Shown piece after piece: positions 26,401 through 41,400 of a stretch of 64,000 nucleotides of DNA. This DNA comes from an uncultured archaeon (GTDB lineage Archaea; Aenigmatarchaeota; Aenigmatarchaeia; CG10238-14; SCSR01): the NCBI GenBank assembly GCA_964537835.1, contig CAZICS010000001.1, positions 54,275-118,274 of the forward strand. The letters are read 5' to 3'. Numbering within the stretch: position 1 is the first letter of the stretch; every line of letters begins with the position of its first letter. The translations under genes and the position numbers were made by a program. Under the pieces are notes generated by a model, which was not told the origin of the DNA, made no database searches, and worked only from the letters and a program-made list of their open reading frames with translations.

Positions 26401-29400
26401 TAAGGATTGATTAGCGAATCCGGAAATATCGGTTGCATTAGACTTGAAATACCAATCTCCAACTTCGTTTAGAGTAGCATTACAAGTAAAGTTTCTTTGG
26501 TAGAATGCCTCGAAGTTATTACATTGAGAGCATTGTTGTGTATCCTCTAAATTCCAAACACCTAAATCTTTTCTTAACCAAAGGCTTATTGTTACTGTAT
26601 CGTTATCCTCATCAGTTACAAACACACTAAAGTTAAATGGTCTAATCCCCCAGGGCCCAGAGGGATAAGGTGAAACTGTCAGATTTTCTAGGTTTGGGGT
26701 ACTTGCCAAATAAAACGCACTTTCAACTTTTGCTAAACCACTCCAGTGCAAACTCTTGCTAGAATACATGGTGATATTGTACCAGCCTAAAGGAGCTGAA
26801 GCTGTTGGGAAGTTACAATGATATTCCTGTCCAACTACCGTCGCTGAGCAAGTGTACGTATAGTCGCCATTAGTTAGATTAAAGTAAACCTTATCAGCAT
26901 TAGTAACGTTATCTCCGCAATCATCTTGCACATACCCTTTGATTGTAATGCTTGAAATTAATTCCTTGCTGAAGTTCAAGTTTATCGGATAGATTATGTG
27001 ATTAGTTAACTCACCCATGAGAGTGAAGTTTATGGGTGAGGTGATATTATCCTTAACGCAAGTTGCTCCATCAGTTCCTCCTTTCCATTGGTGCAAGCCA
27101 AGATAGTACTTAGTTTTATCTGAACACCATTTTTCATTGGTGAAAGTCCTTACTAAATGACCAGAAGCATTGGTATACCAATAGTCAGCGACTCCCAAAT
27201 CTTCCCATTGATCAAAAGTATAGGCCGAAACATAGATTCTTCCTCTCGAACCTTCTGGAGCTATTTGTTGCGCATCCCTATCCCAAACATAGATTACAAA
27301 ATCTGTCGATTGAGACCTATTAACTACATCGTTGTTCATCGGATAAATCGTGCTTACATCTACATCATCTTTTTCAACCATATAAGTATCTCCATATTCT
27401 TCCTTAGTTCCGTCTGCATTGCTCGCGTTGAACTTAAACTCCCAAGTGGTTATGTTTGCGCAAGAATAGTCATAGCTGAAGTTTATTTGCTGCCAATTTA
27501 AGCAGTTTATGCAAATCATGCTATCTATAGGTTTCCATTCCTGCCCAACTACTCTATGCCATGCATAAACAGTAACATTCCTCCCAAACCTATCCCTTAC
27601 CCATACGCTAAAAGTAAAGTTCTCTCCCCATCCACCGCTTGAAGCTTCAACACCGTTTATGTACAAAGTTGTATTTTCTAGCAAAGGCGCATAAGTATAA
27701 ACTTTTGATTTAACGAACAATTCCTGAGTTTCGTTGAATACTTTGCCATAATTCCACCTGTATGCAAGTTTTGTTACAGAAACGTTAGCAAAAGGATTTG
27801 CTGTCGCGTCTGTATGACCAAATATTTTTATTTTTCTTGTCGCTAACTTAAACGAATCTTGAAGGTTTGGAATAATGCTCGCGTTTGCCCAAACGGTTTC
27901 TTCAGATGGTTCAAAAACATAATGTTGATGAATAGTTTGATATTCTCCGCTATCTTTAGCTATTTCTATACTCATTTCTCCTATTGTAACATTATATCCA
28001 GTGAAATGATGTAAGTGTTGAATGCCAAGCCATGTTAAACGTTCATAGGGCATGGAAGGATGCTGGAATGTGTGCATAACTTCAGTCGTGCAATTATGGT
28101 TAGAGCAGAGATATGAAACAGAATCTTCATAATAGCTTGAGCCAGTAGTGTTTTTAACCCCGAATGGTTCTAAAACTATCTTTCCTTCATAGCTACAATT
28201 CAAAGTAAAGTTGAGATACTCGCTTGATCTTGAGGGTAGCTCAGAAAGATTCCATTTAATTAATCTTTCAGTTTTGTTCCAATCGCCTGTAGTCCAAGTG
28301 ACATTACAATAACTAGGTATCGGTAGATAAATCGTCCAGTTAGTAGCGTTAACATCCCCTATGTTAGTAACTTTCAAGCTGAAGTTGTAGGTCATGTTTG
28401 GCTGGATGCTTCTAGGTTCCTCCCAGGGATAGGCCTCTCTCTGTTCTACTAGCAAGGAATATTCAAGATGGCTTTCGCTTGTATAGTTCGAAGTTTGAAG
28501 GTAGTGTCTCTTATACTCTTTTTGAATTCTTCCAGCATATTGGAGTTCCCAGTTCATATAACCTTCTGTGCTTGAAGAAGTTGGGGATTTCACTTGATAG
28601 CTTGCAACCCCATATTCGTTTACTCCTATATACCCAATAACCCAGGTTATAACATTATTCTCTAAGTCAACGCTTGCTGATACTAATTGAAGATTGCTTG
28701 ATAAAGTTGGGTTTGCTGGGGTCCACCCAGAGCTTATGTTCTCTTTCAGAGTTAGAAGCTCATTAGTAGCGGCACATCCTTTGTTGTGAATGATCAAAGC
28801 AGATTCAAAAACTTTATCTGGAGCTACATAGGTTGGAGTTTCCCTTATTATTTCTATAACTGGTTGAATAGCGTTTGATATGTTTATTTGCTTGATTTGG
28901 GTAAAGTTTAACTCTAAATCAGGATAGCTAGTGAATATACTAACATTGATACTAACATTTTCGATTGAAGATGAGGTGTTCAAGTTGAACTTGACGCTTA
29001 TTTCTTTTTCTCTATGATCATGGAAGTAGTAATAGCTTGGCTCATAACTCCATCCAGAAGGAACTTCTAAGCTAATGTTTATATCACTTTCTTCCTCTAG
29101 AGTTTTAATCACATCTACTATCACTTCTTCTGTCGTGTTTGGGCAAGTGTATTCGTTTACATAAACATAAGTCTTTGGTTTGAGGTAATCGAATTCTTCT
29201 ACTCGCTTATCTATCTCGCTTGTATTCAGTTTAAGTTCTGCTACCCAATAATAGACTTTTTCTTCAAACGTAGAAAGGTCGATATTGTAGAAGTAAGATT
29301 TGGTTATTCCGCTAGAAATTTCCAAAAATTGCTGAGTGCTTGAATAGAATACTTGCTCTCCATCTGTCAGATTTAAAGTTAAATTGCCTGAATAAGTTTC

Positions 29401-32400
29401 TGAGAATGGATTTGCTATTATAACAGTTAGATTAAACAAATTGCCATCTTCGCTAGACCATTGGATGTCAGAAATCTTCACCTTCCTTACAAAATATCTT
29501 TCTAAGGATATTTTGTCCACATACAAAGGTTTGTTACCTTCATTTTCTAAGAGAATTAAACACTTGCTCTCGCTACTCAACCCTATCTCATCGTTTAGAA
29601 AGTCAACTTTAGTTAGACTTAAATTCTCCCCAACTTCAAATTCTTCGAATCTTAACTTCCATTTGGTTCCATTCCAAATTTCTATTCTTGCTGTGGTACT
29701 ACCATTGGCTTCCCAGAATAATTTCAGTCTATTCAATCTTCCTATTCCACTAGTACAATTGAATTTAACCCGAAGCTTCTTCCCAGGCATCACCAAAACT
29801 TCTACCGTTGAATTATCTGCTGAAGTGCCTAGACTTACATCTTGGCTAGTAACTCTATCGGTTACATCAGTTTCATTACTTGCTTCGCTTACGTTTAACT
29901 CTTCATACTCATAGGCCTTTACTGTTGTTGAATTCCAATCTTCGTAATAGTTTATTGGTGGAATTTCATCGCTTGTATTGGCTGTTACGTTAAGCTTATA
30001 ATAAGGAGATTTTTGAGTTAAAGAAGTTACATTGATATCCCAATGAACTGGAACATATTTTGTCTCACCTAAGCCAACTTTTATCTTTCCAAGGTATTGG
30101 TTTTTGCTTGGATTGACATTCCAGTTTGGTGCAAGTAAGGTTACGTTTGTGCTTGTTGCATTTCTGTCTTTAATCCTTAAAGTAGCATTAAGGCCGAAAG
30201 GCTTGTACTGGAATACTTCCTGAGGAGCAAAAACTTGGGTAACATTAAATTCTGGGCAAGCGATATCAAGATAAACTGTATATTCGCTACTATAGCTTGA
30301 TTGATAGCAAGAGTCTGCATCGCTTACCTTAACCCTCCATTTTTGCCATCCTGGGTCATACTTACAGCTTCCATAGAATTGATAATTAAGGTAGCCAGAA
30401 GAATTCGTTTGAGCTTCGCTCGCTTCAGTGAGCCAAATGTTGGAGTTGTTTAAGGTAACTTCTACATTAACCTTTGCTGTTTCTGTTATCAATCCAGAAG
30501 AATCTGTATCGTTTAATGCTAGAATAAAAGTAGTTGGCTGCTCTTTTGTTACTGTATCACCATCTCCGCTTATTAGAGTGAAGCTAACATCATCTTTTTC
30601 TACAGTAAAACTATTATCATCGTTCACATAATCTCCTTCCGCAACGCTTGTTTCATAACTATTCCCTTCTGTATCCGTAGCATTGAACTTAAAGTACCAA
30701 ATGCCAATGTCAGAGCAAGAATAGCTTTCTGTCCAATAGACTATTGTCCCACTTGGATTCACTATTTGTTGTGGGGAACCAACTTGGTACCAAGGTCCTG
30801 TCAAGGAAGTTGATCTCCACAACCAAACTGTTACCGTATCTGAATCATCAGTTACATTTACAGTGAAGTTAAACGTTCTGCTCCATCCTTCGCTTCTCGG
30901 AGTTACGTTAGCTTGTTTAAGGGTTGGAATTACTTTAAGGTAGAAAGCATTTTCAAGTGTGTAACTATCGTTTATATGATAGCCTTTCTCTGCTACTATT
31001 GTAACATTATACCATCCTGCAGGTTTTCCTGAAGAATCCCAGGTGCAATTATAATATCCATTTCCTTCATCGTTCGCATACCCAGAAGAAGGACATCTCC
31101 ACCATCCGCTAGCATGAGTTAAGTTAAAGTATACGTTTGTTTGAGTAACATTTTTGAGGCAGTCATCTGTCAGGTTACCCCTTAGTCCAATTTGGTCTCC
31201 TCTTGTATAGTTAATGCTTCCGTCTGGTTGGGTAAGATAGACGCTTAGAGTTCCTATTACAGAAACTTTGAATTGCTCGCTAGTGTTATCGTACCATCCT
31301 TGGCTATTGGTTACGTTAACAACCCAGTCTTGCAAACCAGCTTCATAATTGCAACCCGGTTCAAATTGCAAGTAGTAATGAGTTGTGTTAACAGATTCTA
31401 ATTCTTCAATCCAACCAGAACCGTTCCAAATCCAGAAGTGCAGGTTTTCGGATGGGATAGAAGTTATATAACTCATTGCATCGAAGTCATAAACTCTAAC
31501 TGCTAATTCAACCCAGTTAGTGCCCTCTCTCATAACTTCTGAATTATTTCCTCCAGCAAGTTCTATTTTAATGCTATCCTTGGTTACTGTGTGGAACTGA
31601 ACAGAAGTTTCTGCTTGATTATCATGCTGGTCTGTAGCATTAAACTTGAAATACCAAGTTGTTATATTATCTTGAGTATACTCAACAGGAAAGATTACTT
31701 CCTGCTCTTGAACTGTATTGCTTACTTGAGTTTGATTAACGAGCACCCATTGCCAGCCTGTTTGAGAAGAGTTTAGCCAGAAGTAAACGGTTACCGTATC
31801 GTTATCTTCATCGCTCACGTTAACCTTGTAATAATAAGGTGAAGCTCCCCATCCACTCTTGCCAGTTGAGGAAATAACTGAAGGAGCTTCTAGGAGTGGA
31901 GTAGAGCTTAAGTAGAATTGAGTGGTATCAGATCCTGGATTGTAATAATTTTCTTCTGCATAGAATTTAACCTCATACCATCCAACTGGTTGAGAGCTAG
32001 AATCCCAAGTACAATTATACCATCCTAAACCTTCTTCTTGAGCAACACATTGGCTTACATTACCGCTTGCTAAATGGGTTAAATTAAAGTAAATAGTCGT
32101 TAATCCGGTAACATTCCTTGAGCAATCCTCAGTTACATTACCCCTCAATAAGATGGAATCTCCCTGAGTAAAGTTAGCTCCAATGGGTTGCTCTATCTTC
32201 GGAATCAAATCTGCATAAACCTTAACTGTTAAAGTAGCATATGGATAGCTTGAGTTATCCGTGTAATAAGGAGAATTGCTCACATTGACTCTCCATTTAT
32301 GCTCGCCAGCTGGATATTCGCAGCCTGGGTTGAAATCACGATAATAGTCTGTTGAATTAGCGGATTCTTCAGCTTCATTAGCTAGCCAATCACTTTCATT

Positions 32401-35400
32401 GTAGATGTAGAAAGTTATTTGATCTAAGGTTATGTTAGGTATTCCAGGTTGGGTTTCATTCAAAACATTCCTATCTAGCACCAAATCCCAAACTTTAGCG
32501 CTTAGCCTGATAAAACCAGAGCTTCTATTTACTGTAGAAGCATTATTACCAAAATTGCGAATTTCTATGGGTTCTTTAGTGATGTTGAAAGTATGCTGAA
32601 CTATCCAGCTTGATTCAGAATAAGTATTGTTAATATAACCGCTCAAAGAGCTTGCATTGAAGATAAATTTCCACTGACCTATGTTATTCCAAGTAAGGTT
32701 CTTCTCATGATAGAGTGAAGTTTTAGTCGGATAATTACCTTGCCATTGGTATGCTTGTACCCATCCATGAGTTTCATTCCATAACCAAAGATAAACAGTT
32801 GTGAAAGTATTATCAGGGTTGGTGACCTCTATAGTAAAGTTGAATGGAGACTTACCCCAAGGCTGATTTCCTTGAGGAAGTTTTAATGGATTATCCAATA
32901 AGATTTTGCTCCTCAAGAAGAAAACACTTTCATTGAAAGCATAACCATCCCAATATCCAGTTTTATTCGAGTAAATGCTAACATTGTACCAACCGTAAGG
33001 AAAGCTCGAGTTTGTTTGAATTTGACAAGTGCCTGTAATGTCAGCAGTGCAATTCTTCTCAAAATTGTCATGCCTTATGCTTATTATTATGGTCGAATCT
33101 ACTGTTCTATCATTACCACAATCGTCTGTTACTTTTGCTTTCAAGGTTATCATATCGCCACGAGTGAAGTTTTGACCTATTGGTTCAAGCAGCTCATTGT
33201 ACAAATCTCCTTTTAGGGTAAAGTTTAACACAGAAGTAACATTATCCTTAACGTAAGAATCTCCGCTAGTTCCACCATACCAGCTATGCAATCCTAAATA
33301 CCACTTATTTTCATCACTACACCAATAAACATTCTTATCAGCTCCTGTACCTCCACGCATAGTCCTGTTAATCCATCCATCGTTTGATGTTAGTAGAGGT
33401 GGGGAAGATTCATAGCTCCCATAAGTGAAAGCATCTAGCCATATCTTACCAAAGCTACCGGTTGGATAGGTTTTATTGTCTCTATCCCAAACTCTTACAG
33501 AAAATGTGGTAACCGCAGCAGACCTATTAACTATGGAATTGGGAGATGGTGTTATGTTATAAACGTTTACATCATCCTTCTCCACGCTATAATCCTTTCC
33601 ATCCAATTCAGAATTTCCGTCTGCATTACTTGCATTGAACTTGAAATGCCATGCTCCTATATCGCTTGGCAAGTAATCATAAGTAAAGTTATGCTCTTCC
33701 CATTGCAAGCAATCTATACAAGTCCAAGAATCGACTAAGCTATAAGTTCCTCCAGTCTTCTTATGCCATAGGTAAACAGTTACATTCCTCCCAAACCTAT
33801 CCCTTACTTTTACGCTAAAGTTAAACTCCTCTCCCCACCCTCCTACGCTTCTAGAAGAATCCCCATTTATATAAAGAGTAGCATTCTCAAGCAAAGGAGT
33901 ATAGGTATAAACTTTTACCTTAACAAACAACTCTTGACTTTCGTTAAACAACTTACCATAACTCCAAGTATAATTTATCTGGCTAATCGTAACATTTGCA
34001 AATTCAGACTGAATACCGTCAGCATATGCATGCAACTCCATTTTTCTTGCTTTTGAAACAAAGTTGATAGATGGATAATAAACGACGATAGCTTTGCCAT
34101 TGTAATTTGCTAGGCTATAGTTTTGCCAAGTATAAGCATAATTATCTGAATCGTCTAGCAAGTAAACGTAGCCTTCACCTATGGTTAAGTTTGATGAAGA
34201 GAAATTGTAGAGTATGGTTAGATTAATGTTTGAAATTTTTTCATAGGGCAAAGAAGGATCGTTAAATATATGCGTTACTTGGCTAGTGCAATCGCTTCCT
34301 GAGCAACTATAAGAAGTGCTATCGCTATAGGAGATTTCATTTCTTGTATCGTTTAATGCTTCTACTCTAAACAACTGTTTTCCAGTTTGAGAACAGTTCA
34401 AAGTAAAGTTCAAGTAAATGGAGCTCCTGCTTGCTAATCCAGAAATGTTCCATGCTATTGAATTTTTAGTAGCGTTTATTACGCCTCCATCATAAGCATT
34501 AATTATTTCGCAAGTCGATGGAATGAACAATTCGACGCTCCAATTACCGCTTGTTACATCCCCTATGTTAGTAACTTTCAAGCTGAAGTTGTAGGTCATG
34601 TTTGGCTGGATGCTTCTAGGTTCCTCCCAGGGATAGGTTTCTCTTTGAATGGCTATCAAATTAAACTCTAGATGAGATTCACCCGAATAATTTGCTGTAT
34701 AGAATTTATAGTTTTCAAATTCTCGTAATTGTTTATTACCATCATAAGTTAAGTTCCACCGAGCATAACCCTCTTCAGCGTTGCTAACAGGTGCTTTTAT
34801 CTGATAGGATAGAACAGCATATTTATTAATGCCAATACTTCCAAGTTGCCATGTTATTAGATTATTCTCTAGGTTGACGCTTGTTGAAACCAGCTGAATA
34901 TCTCCTTCTATTCCTGGGTTTGCCGGAGTCCACCCAGGCTTAATGTTTTCTTGTAAAGTCAAATTATTTACTGGAGCACATCCCTTGTTGTGAACTATTA
35001 GCTTGCTTTCAAAAACTTTGCTTGCTCCTATGTAGCGTGGAGTTTCTCTTATTACTTCAATAACTCCTTGGTTAGCATTAGTCAGGCTTATGTTTTGTTT
35101 TGTTGTAGCTTGCTTATGAGGTAATTGGTATACAATTGAAACATTTAGGTTAGCTGTTTCTTCTGAGCTAGAAGAGGTTAAATTAAATTTAGCTTCATAA
35201 GTTTTTTCTTCATCAGCATTTATTAAAATGTAGGCTGGAGAGTAACTCCATCCAGAAGGAACTTCTAAGCTAACATTATAAGTAACCTTATCTTGATAAG
35301 CATGAGGTATCAAAACTTTCAGGCTTTCGGTAGTTGAAGGACAAATGTATGGATTATATCTTGTCTCATAACTTACATTCTTCCTTACTATACTCTCTAT

Positions 35401-38400
35401 TAACTGGCTTGAATTTCCATCATAGAAAATATAAGCTTTTATGTAATAAGTTCCAGCAGACCAGCCACTAACATTTATGTTTTCGATAGCTTCGCTGGTT
35501 ATAGCTCCTTGTGCCAAAGAAACTGTTTTATGAGTGTAGTTTACCACATTGTTACTTTCATCTGTCAGATTAACCCAAAGGTCTGCGTTTATCGTCTGAG
35601 CCAGAGAATTGAAAATTTTTACAGTAACATTTAGGTAATTATCTGCTAAATCTAAACTATAAGTTTCACTTTCGCTTACAGAAGGAACTATATCAACAAC
35701 TTTTGCCTTTCTTTCAAGATACGCTTTCATGGTCGCAGAATTTATTTGCACCTCATTTTCTCCTAGGTTTTCTATTCTAAGCAAGCAATGTCCAGTTCCA
35801 TTCGGTGAAAGGAATTGTTTAATCAATCGAATATCCTCTGTCACATCCCCAGAAACTGGAAGATAGTTTACTATCTCAACAAATTGAGTTGAGTTATAAA
35901 TGTAAATTCTAACTTCACTTCCAGCACTTGAATTCATTCCCATTGTAAATGAAGTTAGTCTATAATCTGCAGCTAGGCAATTAAATGCTAAATCTTGATG
36001 CTCATCGGGCGAAACTGTTAAAGGTAATGAGCTGGATGGGCTTGCTTGATAGTATTCATAATTTTTAACAAAGAATGAAACAGAATCCTCTATTCCGAAT
36101 GAATTGTTAACTTTAATCGTTAGGTTAAATCTACCAGAAGTAGTTGCGTTTACAAGCCAGGTAACATCTTTTGTAGAACCTTGAGCAACACCTCCTAAGT
36201 ATTTAACTCTATTATCAACTTGCCATTCTGAGGGTGCAATCAATTCGGCATAGACTTCGCTCGAGTCTGCTACATAGCTTGTTATCGTTGCCTTGATAGT
36301 AAAGTTTTTGTATTGTAAGGTTTCGTTAGGATGATAATAAAATTCAATCGAAGGAGTTGCCTGACAGCCGGTTAAATCTAAAGTTATGGTGAAATTCTCG
36401 CTAATGTTGTAATTATAAGCAGGGTCATCGCTAGCTATATAAGCACGCCATTCTTGATTTCCATTAACATATTCACAAGTTGGTTGGAATTCTAAGGTTG
36501 CGTAGCCGGCAGAATCTGTGTAAGCATTTCCTATAACCTTTTTACCTTCAGGATAATTAGCATGCAATAATTCAAAGGTTACTTTTGCGCTTGGAGTTAA
36601 ATTATAAGTTTGTGCTATCAAGTCATAAACTTTAACAGATAGATTGACAGCTTGGCTTAAGCTTGCTAAAGAATTATTTCCTTGATCTCCGTATTCGATG
36701 CTTACATTATCTTTGGTTAAAGTAAAGCTGTCATAACCAGAGGTCGATTCTGTAGCTAACTCAAACTTAAAGAACCAAGTTCCTATATCCTGATAGGTGA
36801 AATTCTTGTACCAATAAATTTGTTTGTTCAGGCAATCAGGATATTTGCAAGTCACTGGAGTTTGATTAACACAATCGCTACATTCGGTAAAGCCTGTGGG
36901 CGAAGTTTTTGCTAGCAAGATCTTCACATCATTAGGATTAGTATCACCGCTTGATGCAATCACGCTGAAATTCCAATTCCTATATCCCCAGCCATGGGAA
37001 GTTGGAACAACCTGCGGATTTTCAAGCTTATAAATCGGATAAAGATAGAATAAACCATTTTCTCCATAATCAGCAGTTTGGTTTGGATAATGGTATTCCT
37101 TTTCTGCCATCATAGTTGTATTATACCAACCCATTGGTGTAGTTATGTTAGTCTCCCAGTCGCAAGTGAAAGCGTTTGAACCTACTTGCGAAACTGGTGT
37201 GCATTCAAAATCTTGAGTTGAATGATTTGCAAAATATCTTACATTCGCTGTTAACGCATCACCACAATCATCTGTAGTTGCACCCAAGAAGCTTATCACA
37301 TCCTCTTGCGTGTAATTAACGCTTCCATCAGGCTTAACAAAATCTAAGATTATATCTCCTTTTACAGTTAGATAGGTTGGGATGTAATCAGAAGAATCGT
37401 TCGAGAAATAGCAGTTAAGCATTGAATCATTAACAACAACTTTCCATTGCTGCTGACCAACTTGGAATTTGGGTGCACCTTCATAATCTCCGCTACAAGT
37501 AGGGTTAAAGTAAAGTTTTACATATCCATCTGAATCGGTCAAATTCTCAAAGTTTGAATCAGAATAATAAGTTGATCCATCGATAGTTACATAAAACTTG
37601 ACTGCAAAATTTGCCAGATAGCTTGAATTTTCATCTTTAACTCTAAATTCTAATAGGTCTACTTGATTTCCTCTTCTATTTGCGATCGAATTATTACCGT
37701 AAATGTATTCTAGGTAAACCTTTTCTTTAGTTATTTCAAACTGATGCTCTGCAGTTTCATTAACGTTTGAAGAATTATCTTCAATTCTAAACTTATACTT
37801 AGCAACTGGGGTTATATCTGAGCAGCTAAATCTTGCAGTAAAATCTATTCTTTTCCAATTTGAACAGGCTAAGCATTGAGTTTTATTGATTTCTTTCCAT
37901 CCAGATCCAGTGTCTACATACAAAGTAATGTTTAAATCATCGCCTTCTCCATCCATTACTTCAATTGAAAAGTTCCAAAGAGTTGCCCAGCCTGCTGAAG
38001 CACCTTCCGTTACTCCATTAACACTTTCATTCGCATGCTTTGGCGGCCAGTTTACGTTAACATAAACCGTGAAATTGTCAGAGCGGTTGTATGCATAGCA
38101 GCTTGAAAGTATAGTGTCTACATAGCCATACCATCTTCTAGTTCCTGTCGTGAAATCTTGGTCCGGAAGGAAGTAGAAGTAAACATGACCAGAAGAATTC
38201 GTTTTATTATTTCCCACATACTTTTCAGGACCCTCATAGCTTGTTGTTGTAACGTTAAACTTTATATAAAGGTCTTCGGTTATTTCTTCAGTTGGATAAT
38301 CTAGATCTTTTGCTTTTAAAATAAATTCTGCTGGTGTTAAAGGTGTTGCAGTAGTTTCATTTCCTGAAACATATTCAATAACTATACTATCTTTTGAAAT

Positions 38401-41400
38401 ACTGAACGCTTGAGGAGTAGTTTCTCTTGCATTCCCCTCCGTATCTGTAACATTAAACTTGAAGTTGCGCGAAGGATTAGCAAGATCTGAGCATGTATAA
38501 TTCTTTGTCCACCATAGAATTGTTCCATCACAATTTGTACATTGCTTTGGCTGACCTATTTGAACCCAATTTCCTGAGCCAGCTGGAACTTCTTCCCAAA
38601 GATAGACTGTATCCGTATCTCCCGCATTATCAGTAACATTTATAGTAAAGTTTCTCTCTATACCCCATCCACCAGATGAAGGTGTTACAGTTGGATTATT
38701 AAGAACTGGAGCAAACTTAAGATAGAATGCATTTTCCTTAAAGTCGTAACCATCCCAGTGTTTTGATTTATTAGAAGTCATGGTAACATTGTACCATCCT
38801 GTAGGTGCTCCAGAAGGTAAGGTTATTTCCTTGTAATAAGCCCCCTGTTCAGCTGAATAGAAAACTTGGGTTGAGTAAGTATAAGTGCCGTGGGTAAGAT
38901 TAAAGTAAACAGTAGCATCAGTTATAGTATTTCCACAATCATCGGTTACTGTTCCTTTTAATGGTATAGAGGAATCTTGGGTATAATTGGTTGAACCATC
39001 AGGAAGTAGGATTTGATTAGTTAAAGAACCCTTGAGGAAGAAATCCATCTCACTAGTTGCATTATCTTCCCAGCATACATCATCTTTAACTCCCATTTGC
39101 CACTTGTGGGTTCCTAAATAGTACTTGCTCGTATCACTACACCAGTCATAATGGCTAAATTCTTGCACAAAATATCCTGTAGAGTTAGTGGAAACAGGCC
39201 ATTGGCCAATTTGATTATAAGAATAAATGGACATGTTAAATTTACCGGTAGCTCCATCAGCAGGTTGGTTTAAAGTTGTGTCTTGGACATGAAGTATGAA
39301 TTGAGTTTTTGAAGCACTCCTGTTAATTGTTGCATCGGCATTGGGTGTAATCAGTGTTATAGCATCCTTATTTTTCTCTAAAGTAATTGTCATTATGGGA
39401 TAATCCTCTGGCTCAAAATTCCATGTCTGATTTCTCGTGCATCCACCTCCATTACAATCGGTTGAGTCATCTGTAGCATTAAAGAACCATTCCCATACAT
39501 TTGATTGGGCTCTGTCAGTGCATGTATAGGTGTAAGTAAGGTTTACGGTACATGGTGAGGATTGAGAACAGCTAGAAAGCCAGTTTGTTTGATTTGCTAA
39601 GATCCATGTTGTCGAACCATAGGGTCTATGCCATAAGTAAACTTTTATACTATCTCCCTGTTTATCATAAACTTGGACATTAAAACTTCTCCTCACACCC
39701 CAACTATCAGATTGAGGAACTGCATGAGGACTAATAAAATGAGGTCTTGTATCTTTTCCACACCAAGTATAGTTTATTTTATACGATGCCATTCCACCTC
39801 CATTTCCAGATGATTGGAGATGTATAGTAAATGGAAAATCACTCTCAGTGTAAGTTCCTGATGGTACATCACATGCACCAGGATAAGTTCCTGTATCACA
39901 TGCACTACCTCCACAAGATGTTGCTAATCTATTTGTTCCACCGCTGACACAAGTATAAGCTTCACATTCCTGTCCATTATCAACATTCCTACACCATGGA
40001 TATCTTGTGGTAGAACCATCAGAAAAGCTAACGTAATGGATACCTCCAGTAGCACCACTTTGTGAGCTAATTGATGCCCAGGCATGAATCCATATTTCGT
40101 TTATATAACAATTTATAGTATCTTCTCTACACCTACCCTCAGGAGTGAAGTAATAATCGTTTCCACTACCAGTCGCTGCATGTCCAGATAGTGGTTCTTC
40201 GAACCATAAGCAATATTCATCGCTTGCTGGAGGGTCCGTAAGTAGAAGCCATCTTCTTGCTTCTTCATAAATCCTACTATCGTAAACAATTCTTGCTCTA
40301 ATCTCGTAAAGATAAGGATATTTCACTGGTGTCTTAAAAGTATACTGAACAGAGCTTCCATTAGATAAGTTCCAAGAAATTACTTTGCTATTAGAGGTTT
40401 CGTCTAAAATACCGGACGTATTTAAAATTTCAAAATCTGTTGGCAAAATTTCTTGCAAAGTAAAGTTAGAAATATTCTCGAAGGAAACAACTTTCATGCT
40501 GGAGAAGAAAGGAGGTAGTAATGGGTCTATTCTTATGGGTGTAGCTCTTATGAATTGGAAGCTTATGTTCTTTTCTACAACAAAATTAGAATAAATGTAG
40601 CTGTTTGTGTCCTTTCCTTTAACAACAGCAAATAAGGAGTAATTACCAACTTCCAATGTTTCATTGAAGAAAGCATAATAAGTTCCTACCTTCCCTTCTT
40701 TTATGCTTCCATCTTTTGTTGAAAGGTAGTAATGTTTTCCCGAGGGAGATTCTATAGTTAGTTTTATATCAGCTCCTGAAACTGGCTTTCCTTCATCATC
40801 GACAACAGCAAATAAAAGCTTAACACTTTCACCTGGATAATATCTATCCCTTTCCGAGTTAACAACAATGAGCCCCTGCTTAATTATAATATCTCTTTCA
40901 TGAATACCGTTGGTCAAATGTATCTTGTAGGGACTTAATCTAAAAGATCCTCTTAGATCTAACTTTACTCTGTAAACTCCTGGTTTAATTTCATCTACTT
41001 CTAGGAATTCCAGTGATAATTCTTCTTCCCTCCATTCTAGACATTCATTACTTTTCTTGAGAAAATCTTTGAAAATAGCAAATAAACTAGAGCTTAAAGG
41101 TAGAGGATTTGTTGCATTAAGTTTCTCTGGAGAAAATGCTATTTTTATTCCTCTTTCATCACTTTCTACATAAAATTCTGGATTTGGGACATAACAATTT
41201 AAAACCCATCCGAATTCTTCACTCTCCATCCAAGTGCAAGCGTAGGTTGAAATTACATGAGTTACAGAGGAAAGAGATGGTATGATCCATTCTAAAGTAT
41301 CAGGAATTTCGTCTTCATCCGTATCCAAAAGCGTATAGTTAAGGCTATAGTTAAACAAGCTTACTTCAAGGTCGAAGTCTTCTATTCCTTCTGGGATTTT

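Larger units (their letters stand above)
9700..39750 (-). repeat. Protein-level tandem array of ~26 Cys-containing units of about 330-360 aa (three beta-rich subdomains each) within the giant gene
   Basis: Recurrent motifs GGWGExF...D.D.D...W...C.D.G...FKFNATD / KDD...GN...VNR...F.PxC.Y.xG.Q.W...CY / DDC...G.Y.C.WD...GWY. I counted 26 GWG-type motifs by eye. Boundaries are approximate. Confidence 0.85.

Noticed and set aside
9700..39750. Possible CRISPR array or DGR template/variable repeat pair among the repeats
   Set aside because: The repeats are protein-level and degenerate, with no constant repeat-spacer pattern. The 82-bp pair is identical rather than differing at adenines, and no reverse transcriptase or cas gene is in the window.
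40570..40875. Full alpha-2-macroglobulin-type protease trap
   Set aside because: Only MG2-like Ig domains are visible; I did not find a CxEQ thioester motif.
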